A stretch of 64,000 bases of DNA from Albugo candida (lineage: Eukaryota). Below, piece by piece: positions 1 to 12,145 of the stretch. The translations under genes were made by a program, and so were the position numbers. The notes under the pieces were generated by a model that did no database searches, had not been told where the DNA came from, and saw nothing but the letters and a program-made list of their open reading frames with translations. The stretch covers positions 248,001 to 312,000 of the forward strand of contig JBDOQK010000012.1 in the NCBI GenBank assembly GCA_040437565.1, in the 5' to 3' direction. Numbering within the stretch: the stretch's first letter is position 1; each line of letters opens with the position of its first letter.

Positions 1-869
1 AAACGTATTTAATATACTTGAAGAATTTTCAGCAACTGCACTCACCCGTTTTTGAAACATGAATAGTTGCGGTAAGATTGCCAATGCCTAAGTTCATACA
101 AGGTCGTAAGTCATTACTTCTTGCTTGTGTTATTTTCAAAGAGTGTCACCTCAACATATAACGCGATGGTCCATGAAACATCCGCCAGCCAGTTATGATT
201 CAAATTGGGATGAACGATCTAAGAAGATCGCTGAGAAGAGAGTGGTGCTATCGCTATGTATGTGATTGTACCATTCCAAAAAGCATGCAAGGTACCAAAA
301 TATACAGCGCTCCTAATTCAGTTGGAATATGGAGCCATCCAAACGTATCGTAACGTAATTCATAGCTTGCATTGTATTGGACCATGATCAGGTAGATAAC
401 TCCGCAGCTTAGAAATAATGCACAGATTTCTAGAGCTGAATACAACCAATCTCCACTCCGATCGTATGGAAGATATCCTTGAAATCGTAAGATTGATGCG
501 AGTCGGAAAAAAAAGACGCATGCGTATAATTCCACAGTCTTGAGTGATAAACCTTTGTGACTATATATTAGCCAGAAAGAAAAACAGCAACCTCAAATTT
601 AACAGCAAACCTGAGACAGATTTTTGAGAAAACGCTTTGAATATTAATACTGCGAACCCGAACGCGCGAACAAAAGAGCCAAAGGTCTAAAGTATCACGC
701 ACTGTAAGTTACAGTATAGCTGGATGGATTTCGTGCTGCGTACCATCAGAAAGGAGAAATCTCCATCACTAAATAAATGGTAACAAAATAGCACAAGTAC
801 GAAAAAGCCGGACCATATCGCAATATTGCTTTTATGTGTGCTGAAGAAAGCATTGCTAGTGAAAAGCAT
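1..869 (-). CDS. ERD2: ER lumen protein-retaining (KDEL/HDEL) receptor-like protein, multi-exon, runs off left edge
   Basis: Spliced translation MLFTSNAFF...FSDGDFSFLM / ...KSVS-GLSLKTVELYACVFFFRL...GYLPYDRSGDWLY / ...NHNWLADVSWTIALYVE / LAILPQLFMFQ; typical ERD2-family motifs, GT-AG introns. Confidence 0.85.
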
Positions 870-1169
870 TGTAAAGTTCGTAGGATCAGCATTTAGAAAG
901 ATGCGGTTACGTACGCACTGTATTTGTCCTTGAGCATCGCGATTGCTTTCAACTGCGGGGACGTTGTTTGAGTGATGCACAGTCCACAATATAGATTGTC
1001 GATAGGAGAGTACAATACCTTGCAAAATAAAACTACCAGTCTGTCAACTATCATCGGCTGTGATTATGCAGAGAAAGTGACTACAACTCCACAGTAGGCT
1101 GCACACATCAAATCGATAAAAAGCGAACTTTAGCAGTCGAATTGACTCGAACTTCATGTAAAAGTGCTT

Positions 1170-4110
1170 TAGTTGCCATAAACGGAAATTTTACTCCTAT
1201 TGGATAAGACGTCGATATTCCCATAAACCGGACTACGGACTGCAACAATTGACACGTATAGCGATGCCATTATTCCTTCGTATAGATCACTCGCATCTTG
1301 AGGGAGAGTGTTCTTCTCTGTGAGGCACAAAACCACTTCTGATGCATTGAGTCTTTGCCACAAAAACGCAATAGCGCTACTGTAATTAGGTCAACGAGCA
1401 CGCAGCTCTTGTCACAATCAAAATCCATATATCAGGAAGACGGGTACTCTTTTGTAAAAGTCGGGCTACAATCATCGACAAGATGGTACTTGGACACTCG
1501 CATTGTGGATCAATTTCTCGAGAGAAAGTACTCACTCACTTGAGACCTCTTTCATGCAGTTCAATGACAGATTTACGCTTCCAGGTACCCGTTGCCTGCT
1601 TCGCTTGACTTATAGCTGTAGTATTTGATGCCCTTTGAGCAATTGTATCGTTCCATTTGCATCCTCGGCTGAAGAACTGGCAGCTCGAAGAAAGTTCGTT
1701 AAAGTATCGCTGTGTCCCGCTATTTCTTGTGATAGACCAGGTAGATGTGCTTTCCTCGGGCTTCTTTGTGTCTTAGAAAATGATTTTTCGAACAGTGCTG
1801 TCAGGAGTGAGATTGAAGACTTGACCTTCGATCCCTTGACGCTCTTCGCTGACAAAACAAGCACGAGATCGAACCAATCGAATCGAGAAAGCGAGTGCGT
1901 GCCATCCGGGGAAAAAGGGAACGAGGTCTAATTGCAAATCTGTACCAGCTCTGCGACATCGTATATTACCGAAAGAATCAGAAATGCCTACAGATCGGAC
2001 TGAATTGGGTAGTGCTTGCCCTTTTGACAAGCTTCTCGTGATGTCACTGCCGTTGCAAAACACGTAAAACTTCCTTCTGCTACCAAATGAAATGCATATT
2101 GATAAACCTTTTTTGAAAGTCGTCATCATTCGAGTGCTGATAGTGTTTCCTCGTATCGAACGAACGCATCGTTGCATGTATTGAGGTATCATTGTTTGTC
2201 TCTTGTGATTGCTTTTGCTGCATAGTGAGATATGCGTCATGCATTTAACCACAGCTTCGCTCATGGTTGCCCATAATGCAGCAAAGTCTTTCATGCTCAC
2301 TAGAGTCCATCAACGAAAAACTTGGTTGAAACCCTTCTGTCGTGTAAACGCACGGTTTCTTGACAATATATTTCGTAACTGAAAGTACCAGTGCCAGTAT
2401 TCCCTTGCATGGGGCACTTGCTGATTGAAGGAACTGGTCATCTGACGTAGTCAGATTTTCATATCTGATTGATCGCGATGCACATTAGCCAAAATATACT
2501 CCAGCACGCCAGCTTGCTAGAATGCGTCGCCATCCAGTGATATCCACAGTGCATCACAACATGCTCTGTATCTGATTCGTGTAGGTGTACGCTGGTCAGA
2601 ATGGATTCCGCTAAATTTTCAAGTTATTGGAAAGGTACAAAGCCAATTCTTCGGTCCAAATAGCAACGAAATATCGTAATAGCCCGACACAGCATTCCTT
2701 CATTGCCATCACGTCTTCCACTTCATCCCAAAGCTTTGGAAGGTGACATATAACGCATGAAAAAGTAAGGCATAAAATTATACCCGCTTCTGTGATGTTA
2801 AAAAGCAATTCGCTTCTTATTTCCTGAATGTGCAGCTCCACTGCATATGATCTTTCTGTTAATAGCTCCACAATCAGCGACTCCGTGTGCTGTCTGTCCA
2901 TGACCAGCGTTGACATTGAAAGCGTCCGTGTCGTATTCCAATAAATTATTCGCAGTGATCTACAATTGTCGACGTTACTTGATTCGTTCGTCTCAGACTC
3001 CTGGCTTGAGAAGACGTGTAATGCTCCATATTGTGTACAAAATATTGTAGACACAAGGAAGCTTCTCGGATGTCCAAATTGTCATAGCATTCGACTATTC
3101 CAGACCGATCGCCTAAATGTGCCTTAAGTTTAAATGCTGTACAGCGTTTTCAGTTTCTTCTCCTCGGCGTCTCTAAATCCTATATACACTTGACTTTAGA
3201 CCAAAAAGAACATTTGTATCCCGCAAATCTCCGACAATCTTACGGGCCTCTTTAGATTGCTGCAGTGTCACAATCATGCTCCAATGTGTCTGAATGTTTC
3301 TCCAATTCCCAGCATAACATTATTAGCTGTACAGCCTGCAGATCTTCATCTTCTTCATCCCATGACCGGTGATGCGACTTTTAAGGCCAGCTTTTTCTCT
3401 CTTGATAAAGTTTCTACCTGCCGTTGAAGGGCAAGTCCGCCTCAATATGTCGCTGCAGCTTGTACTAGCCGATGTCATAATCCGAGTCGGTATACTTCAC
3501 ATCAACTTCGGAAGAGACCAGCACGTTCAATGTGTTTGATGGTGCATGAAGAAAGCGTTTTCCACGAAGCAAACATTCCATTAACCATCTCATACCCAGC
3601 ATTCTGTAGAACGAGCAGCAGATACGTAGTGATGAATCTGATTTAGATCGAATGAAGCAACCAAAGAGGTTGTGATCAGAGATACTTGGATATAAACGCT
3701 TGGCAAGCTCCCATTTCTTTACCATCCACCTGTCGACTTTGTCTTCAGAAAGGTGCATCAATTGATATGATGCCAACACAAATCCTAATCTAAGGTCCAA
3801 ACACCAAAACCATCAATTTTGACTTTTCGTTCTGTACCAACAGTCAGTAACGGCGTTATATCGCTATTGGAGTCGAATAATACATTGTGATTCTCTTTGT
3901 CGCTTTCGCTTTTCAGTCTATCATGCAGCAGCCTTAATTGAAAGTGAATGATTATGTGGCTGTAGTTGATGTTTATAGTGCGTCCCATTTTCGCCGATGC
4001 TTTCCGATGCGTCTTCGATTGGCAGATGATTTTGCCCAATGATGAGCTGCATTACTTCTATTGAGAGCCTTATTCTGATTCCACAAAAGTATAGAGTTTG
4101 TTTTTATCGG
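1170..4110 (-). pseudogene. Degraded coding region; putative C-terminal part of an endogenous bunya-like virus L protein
   Basis: Chain of same-strand ORF fragments broken by stops and frameshifts; KVKIDGF..DLR..KKWELAKRLYPSIS (WELAK segment 3678-3720) recalls, from memory, the post-palm region of phenui-like L proteins; boundaries approximate. Confidence 0.4.
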
Positions 4111-5788
4111 TACAGACCTAGGTACGCGGACGTAAGGGAAAACGAAGCAAAAAATACTGGACGGCTTGAAGCCCTTTGTTATTTGTGCATGATTCGCGAT
4201 TAGATGGGATTTGCCTACAAAGTATCATAATTTTTTTTTCGCCATTTGTACATTGGCTAAAACATACATGGGCAATTTGAGACTTTCTTGACTGATTTAC
4301 TTATTAGTACACGCGACATTGCTCAAATATTTTCGATCCAACTAATCTCAGCGTAGTAAGTTCATTATTGTTTACGTCTTTTTTTCGAATTACCGCTCTG
4401 GATGATTGGCTACAAAGACAACAGTATTGTACGGTGCATGACACTTGAAACCAGCAAACTCTGATTTTGAATGGCTAATCTTAGGATCATTTATCCCTCA
4501 TAGTATAATGAGTTTCAACCTGCGGCTTTTCTGAGCACCTCTATTGACAGTTTCCTACCAAATTTTCTCCAATCCTAGCAAAATGCCAAAATTCAGACGA
4601 CTTTTGCAACGCTAAACTCAATGAAAAGTTGAGATAATGATAAAAAAAGACTTGTGCAGGGGAGCTTAAGGCATGCTCTTTGTTGCCAAAGGCTTCGTTT
4701 CTGTGTAATTTGTATTCGGGCTAAGCCTTAGCGATCCTTCCAGGCCACTAAAGTTGCTGCTTTTATGTGACATGCAATATATTCAGCCAACAGGTCAACA
4801 CAACACTTACGAGCCGTAAGAATGTCGCAGAGACTCGTAACAATCTGACACCCTGAGAGATTGCGGTTGTCTTTTATTGCATCACAATTTGAGAGTGAGA
4901 TTATGAATAGCTGGATTTATTTTAACCAATTCGTTTCAAAAATTCAGAAAACACATTCGAAAACTTGCCAGGTTTATCTGTAGTAGCCACTTACGCGTAA
5001 TAAAGAATCGTATTTGCGACTCGTGTTTTGTGTCGAAGTGAAAATACAGACGATGCACTCATTACCTTGAGCTTCAATAAAGACAAGCACGTATGCAAGC
5101 GTATGTAATTAGTAAGGAACTCGGAGCGTCGAGTAGCACATTGCTGTACACAACCATCACTAAAAAAAACTGGTTTGTTACAACAGACCCTGTCAACTTG
5201 CATTAGAAGTAAAGTTATCTTTGGTTAAAAACAACTTGTACCGAACATTGATGTACATTATTGACTTGACTATATTATCGTAAAGTCCCCTAGCCTGTTT
5301 GCAAAAACAGGTATTACGATACGCCCTAACCGCCTTTGAGAGAAATAGAAGCTGACGTAGTCTCGCCTCTTCTGCAACGGATGACGTGTGTGCTTGTATG
5401 TACCCATTATCCCTACCATACATCTCCTCGATATACTATTCCTAGATCCTAGTTGATTGAAAATGAATGAGAGGGGAAGCAATATCACGTCGTTAGTGTG
5501 CCATATTAAAGTAGGATGGAAACTTATGATCACAGCGACTATTATGCCACGCATGTATTCCGCTCTCGATAATGCACGAGTCAGATCGTTTACGGGGCTG
5601 CATTCTATCCAGCAAACGTAGTACTGTCGTGTTTACACGATTAACAAAGTCGTAATCTTTGAGAGTCGAACAACTGGATTCATCCCGCTAGTCCCACTCC
5701 TTCATCCCGAAGGAAAACAAAACAGGTAGATCGGGTACTCACTTTTCAAAACTATTCTAACTACGCAAGACTTTTGGATCTATTATCG

Positions 5789-6392
5789 ATGATGAACCAC
5801 TACTTTATCAAAGTTCTGGCAGTGCTCGGGTGTATATTGGTCGACTTGAGTCCGCAGTGCTCAGCAGGACAGTCATCGTCAAGGATCAAACCAGAACGCT
5901 CGATCCCACCTCTTGAAGAGTCAATCTTGTATATAGAATGTGAAGATTACGATTTGTGGACGGACGCATTAAAACCATTTGAAAAAGCAAGGAATGAACA
6001 ATTCGATCCATTCAAAGTTACTACTGAAGAGATAATTGCTCTTGTGAATTTACGCAAGGCCCCGATTTCATTCAAACACAGCCTTGTCGAACACACTATC
6101 AACAACAATCCAGAGAATTCGTTTGTGAAATGGTTGAAAGCGAGGTTCTATATCCAGGAAAGAGTTGGTACATTACGTGACTCGCAAAACAAAGAACTTT
6201 CAAGTAATGTTGTATAGCTGTCAACGCATTTAATAATTTTAACACCGGTTCATTTATGTAGAAGTTCAACTTGAGGAAGTCAGAAAAAAGGAACAGGAAG
6301 TACTGAAGGAAGTGAAAAATATGATCGAGATTGAAAAAGAAATTCATGCCGCGCTGAAAAATCCTAGACCCAAAAGTATCTCAACTGCTTAG
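5789..6392 (+). CDS. Small predicted secreted protein (candidate effector), 2 exons
   Basis: N-terminus MMNHYFIKVLAVLGCILVDLSPQCSAG looks like a signal peptide; GT-AG intron ~6204-6261 restores the frame to a charged helical tail KVQLEEVRKKEQEVLKEVKNMIEIEKEIHAALKNPRPKSISTA*. Confidence 0.6.
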
Positions 6393-7079
6393 GGTGCCAA
6401 GCCTATGGTGCTACATAGAGTTCAACAGATCTTATTCCGCACACTCAGTCATTCGAAGGCAGCACTACAATCAGCATATCGTTTTTCACTCCAGATTAAT
6501 CCTCCTCTAGGAAATCTGCTTGCATAAATTCTAATAGCATGAATCTATTCATTTTGGAAATAGTTGCGTTTTTATGTTGCTGTTTCAAATCAAACTCCAA
6601 CTATCGACGATAACTTGCACATCGAGGCGATTCATATGACGACCCCTTTTCGATCTTAGTGTATATCTCTCACTCTGACGCAATCTCTATTTCTCTCACT
6701 CTGTACTTTTAATCACCATTCCGAGTCTCAAGCAACTATCATATCATATGGTTTCCCATTTTCATTGGTGTATCACATAGCAGAGTTTTGCTGTATATGC
6801 TTCGCCAGTGCTAGAAATACGCTATTACAAATGGAAGCCGCGAAGTGACTAGACGAGAGCGCATTTTGAGACCGCTCGGCAATGTGACTTCCCCTTTACT
6901 ATCACCTACATGACGCCGTGTTTATAGCAGGTGCGTTGCTACTGTAGTGATCACGGGGAACTCGACCCCACCACGTTGGAATTTGCTAGGATCGTAAATG
7001 GCCAAGCGTTAAGACTGTTATTTAGACGCATGGGAGGACACAGGAGTTAGTATGTACTGCATTGGACACTTAACCGGAA

Positions 7080-10000
7080 AATGATGCGAATATCAGGATA
7101 ACTTTTAAAGAACCCGTTGCTGCATACAGCGTTAGTATCTTTGTATCCCACCTCCCCAGATGGACTGAATCGCTCCTTCCAAAAAACTGGGGCAAGAAAT
7201 ATGATCGAAAATGTGTCTTGCTTCAAATTTCAGCAATAAATGTGAGGTGGGTGAAACAAACTCACAGCCACGCTAGTTTGTTGATCGGAAGTTCTGCATT
7301 GTGACAGAATCTGCCAAAACCTAGCTTCCGCTACGATAGTGCAACCACAAAGACTCTGTACGCTGCTCCGTTTTACTTGTGAGATGAACTGTCGAAATCT
7401 AAAGTGGATGGTACCCTGATATTCTTGAAGAGAAGATTTACTAGTCCGATGACGCATCACCTGTGATCAATCCTAATGGCAATTCCTCCTTAATCAAAGG
7501 CCATATTTAGAAGTTACCTCTCCTTCATTTCAGATTCACTCCCTTCTATCGTAATTGTACCACAAATTGCCTAAGGAACGAATGTCCTCCTCCTTAACGA
7601 CCAACCTCAAGCGGTATGCAGCAGTTGCTTGTGTGGCTTTCAAAAGCTGAAATCTATCGATACTTCGCACCATGATCGCGCGGGTTGTGAAAGTAGTTAG
7701 AGGTACTTGCATTCTCGGGGCGCTTAATCCATACACCCAGAACAAGCTAAACAGGGAATTTCCCGTGCTATAAATTGAGATGCATTTTTTGCAGTTAAGC
7801 TGAGCGGCTTGGTTATCGCAAGAATACTTAAATGAGAGATTTAGCTGGACATATGACTTCTTGCATGTTGCTGCAGCTAAATTTGTCTTGAATAGTTTGC
7901 ATGACCTGAGAATGAACTCATCCAAGCATTTCTCAAGTAGTTTACATTTCCACCGCAAAGCTCAATGCGAATAAGGCAGGATATGGGCATCGAAACATCT
8001 TCCTACTTCACGAGTTCAGAAGAAAGATCTTTCTGTTACATGAAATAGAAAAGCTCGCACCCATTATGTGGTGTAATTGGTCCAAGTATACTCACCAGCA
8101 CTTCAAGCAGACGCCAGTAAAGTTTCAATTGTGCCAAGTTTTGCGTCTCACCCAGATAATTAGAGAGCTCCTAAGTTCTGCAATAACGCATGCTGCTTAG
8201 ACAAGCTTTCCGTCACTCTTTTGAAAAGTCCAAGGATGATTTCACTTCATCGATCTCGGTTTTCATTCGCATCGACCTTATGCATCAAAGCTGTCCCTAA
8301 ATTCTCATTCAAATTTCGCATCCGACCAAGCCATCTTGTTTGTCCTGCAAGGTCTGCCTCATCTCATTGTAGCTTATGAAGGGGGTGCCTTGAATAAAAC
8401 TGATAATCTTACAGCATCCGCTTCATACACCTTGCGTATAGTTTCCGGATCGACGCCATTGTACTTTCGACTTGGATATTTTCTCCCATTCAACGATGAA
8501 AGGCTGCTTACTTTTTCATTCAACCATCGTCATACATGGAGATAACATTGTGATTTGTATGTTCGACCCAGGGCCATTCCTTGAGCTAGAAGCTCTGCAA
8601 ATGGCTCATCGGAGCAAATAAGCCATTAAGCATTCCGAAGTTGGTGATGGGGCGTGGATACAGAGATGAAGAATGGCGTGTTCAATAGATCCACAATCTT
8701 GTTCATCCACATGGAGACAAAGTCACTGCCAGAAGCTTTCTTCTTATTGGAGCATTGCAAGAACGCAAATGATACCACGAACCATCTAAAAAAGTATCCG
8801 GTGTATCAGTATCGCGTTCCGCACAAACACCGCATTTTGCGGCAAGACGTTTGCTTCCAGCCACCTATCCATACAAGAGGTGCCTCCTGTCGTAAACTTG
8901 GGCAATGATTGCATCATGAGAACTAAGATTCAGAAAACTCGATACTATCTTTGAGAATTCCATAATCGTTAGTGACTTTGTGAACGCGCATTGCTCAACA
9001 TTGTCGACAGTTGCTGAGGCTAAAGCGTACAATCTGAAGCGTAAATCAGCAACAGTGTTGCCTCCCATTCCATGCGCAGAAACTTCCATTACCATACCTG
9101 TCCCGTATTCGGGCAGCACATCACTATGAGAGTCCAACTAACGTTGCTGTACATGCGATTGTTCTTGAATCGGCTCTCACTGCCACGAAACGATCATGGA
9201 GTCATGAGAGTGACCAGTCCAAAAAGATTGCATGCGCTTCACATATTCAGGCCACTTCTCCGACTAATAATATAATAATCTTGAATATCAGAACTTTGAA
9301 TTCAGTCTCGATCGATTTTCGATACCTCATGAGATCCTTCTCGAGTGTATCGCCGTAATCAGTGATTTATGAAAACCATTGCTGTAGTAAACGCTTCTCA
9401 GCAGTCGCTCGCTGATCACCCGGATCTGCTTTCTGCGTCAGCCGACTTGTATCGTATCTTCACATCGTGAGTGTTCAATTAAAGTAGTCAAACCTGTTCA
9501 TTGGCAAATGGAGTCTTGTCAATAGGATCCCAGTACTTCAAATAGCCGGAGAAACAGCCATCGAGTCCGCTTGTGATACGCATCACAAAAGTATAAAGCA
9601 TAGGAAGCCTCTGTAGGGATCAATAGCTGCAATTCAGCCAAAGACCGACTACATCCCATCCCATTGGGTGAAGCCGCTATCACATTGAATATACGATTCT
9701 GTATCACTTTCTCCAGAGCGAATTCTGATACCACAAAAGCCTTCCATTCGTTCCATGCGTGCGACATAGACCCTTATCGTGTACGCACTGACATGTCCGA
9801 TATGAAGCCTTCCTGCAACGCTATTGGGAATATGCATATCATAAAGTAGAGAAGGTTTGTGTACTCGATGGATATAGAAACATCGCAAGGCAGTGAAATT
9901 TCTTCTTTGTATCCGTATTTCAGGTCGAGAGGAGTGTTCGCACTCCGACCATAATTGTTCTTCTCCTCCGACTGCTTTAATGTAAGCGATGTCGCAGTGC

Positions 10001-11414
10001 TCAATTCTTCGCGATTAGGCAGTACTTTGGCGTAATGCATGCGACGCAATGACTTCCACATCGAGTGGATGGAATGCATCGACTACATAGAAGCGATAAT
10101 GCTTCCTTTTGTGAAACCACCTCGACCAAATGTCAACTGTTATTTCTTCAGTATCAGGTCAATCAATGCATTATGATTGATCCCACATTTTGAAAAGCTG
10201 CTAGAGTCAGCCGTCTATGCGTCAATAGTTATATACAAACGCGACTGAATCAAATTCGAGCGAGATTAGGGGGCTGCGTTCTTCATCAAACGACAAGGAC
10301 GTGTTCATTGACAAGGCGAGGGAGAAGCTAGTACATCGAGTTGATATATTGGATCATAGAAGCAGCATATTGTGGCTGAATGGATTAGAATTGAAAAGGT
10401 TGCAAGAAGATACGTAGGCAAGTGCGTTTGCTTGATCATCGATTGAGTCGAAAAGTTCACATGAATGGTATCATCGTAGATTTATTAATCGACCGTTCAA
10501 GTCTGAGCGCGTGACAAGTTCTCCATACTGGCGTAACTTTGCACAGAAAGCCTAGACAACCGCCGTCCGATAATCAGATAGGAGGAATTTGCTTTGATCG
10601 AGATGCTTGGACATTTGACCACATCCATGCAATCTTACGAATAAACAGCTTGTCCGACTCCTTTCCCCATCTTGAAACATCTATAAGTTGTTATGGAGTT
10701 GATGCAATAACAAGTGATATTTCCATTTCAGTTATGAAGAGCCAGCTTTTTATCTCTTTCTTTGAGCGCTTCCTCGTAGGCGAGTCAAGGAATCATTCAC
10801 CCGGAACAGTAACAGCCATTGGTAATCAATCAGACTGGCAATGTACTTATTTGCGAGCTTTAGATTCGAGCAATCTTCCATCAGCTTTACACCGCTTTCA
10901 ATCAGAGGAGGTTTAAAATGTCGACACTATCGGAAACTCATATAGATATTCTGAGTCTGCAGTCTTCAAGAGATCTTTTGCAGTAGTCATCCTTTCCATT
11001 CCATTGGCCAAATTTGACGCTCACGTTTTCTGAGTTAGGTGCGTATTCCATCGTGAGTAGTCCCAAAGGAAACTCCCGAACATAAGTCAGTCAATTTGTA
11101 CCCGCCTGAGCACTGGTAACATTAAAAAACGAACATTGTTCTCAAACTCTTCGTATTGCTCTCCCCATTGTCTAATCAAAAGTAGCGACCGGCTTTGAAG
11201 CTCACCACCATTTGTCTCCGTCAAGGTCACACTTGATTTCTACAACGAGCCCTAAAAGTCTCAACGCATGTACTCTGCACCAAATGAGCAGCTTTTGGTA
11301 AAGCCAAACGCAGAAATCATCCTCCTCGTTCACACATTCAGAATCAGACAGCAGTGTACTAAACTCCCAATTAGGTTCGATTACATTCGTTAATGGGATA
11401 TAAATGGAAGCCAT
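7080..11414 (-). pseudogene. Degraded endogenous viral element: N-terminal and polymerase-core part of a bunya-like L protein (RdRp)
   Basis: Collinear remnants: LVVEIK (endonuclease ExK-like, ~11240), LNEKVSSLSSL (~8500), premotif A/F-like MHKVDANENRDR*SEII..VTESLSK (8285-8197), G*DAKL (~8145), motif A-like TNYTT*WVRAF (~8070), WKCKLLEK, motif D/E-like QLNCKKCISIYSTGNSLFS (7746-7802). Motifs B (QG) and C (SDD) not found intact. Confidence 0.6.
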
Positions 11415-12145
11415 CTACACATGCAAGCGCTTGATTAGTAACACCGTAAGTGCGCCAAGCTTTTGCCTTTGAGGCACTCAAAGAAACCACGATCGAAGTG
11501 TCACATCATTGATGAGGTATGTTCGATGTACAGTCCCATGGATCCACTCGGTGTTCATTACCCTCAGTGAGGCGATGAGTTCCTACCCGAGTGTAATCTG
11601 TTTATAACGATGTGACAGGCTGTAGAAGTATTTCCATATCAATCCTCAACGAAAACCGTACCTTACATCCATTCCCTCACTAGCAAGTAACTGACCATTG
11701 TGACAATGACATAATATAATTTGACTGACGTGCCTCCGGTGCACCCTATTCTCATTATTCGCCTGACGATTGATTCGGTTTCAGTATGCTGCCGTCATTG
11801 TGGAACCTGTACGAATTTATCAAGAAGACCGACGTACTGAAACCTTATAAGCAGAAGGAAGTGAAAAAAAGAAAAAGTGGTGAATCTGTCCCTCTTTTTG
11901 TAGCGTGCGAGTGTGGAAATTGCAGAAATCAATATAAATTCTAATTCAGAAGAGATAAAGTTTCTACGTCACTTCGAACACGTTTCCCGATAATAAATAA
12001 CCCAACTTCTACGTTTCGGTGCCGTTCGTACAGATTGTTTATTAGTTCTCAGGGTACGAGTCCTGCATCAGCAACTCGCGAACGCTCCGTGATTCTTTTT
12101 TAATAAATCTTTTTTTACACTGGTCGTTATAGTTACAACACTCGA

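Noticed and set aside
1321-1336. TGAGGCAC..AAACCAC similarity to 11470-11490 as a direct repeat bounding the viral fossil
   Set aside because: Needs an indel and flanking sequence does not extend the match; probably chance
6943-6985. tRNA-like or LTR-start fragment (TGTAGTGATCACGGGGAACTCGACCCC)
   Set aside because: Only a degenerate B-box-like word; no A box, partner LTR or TSD found
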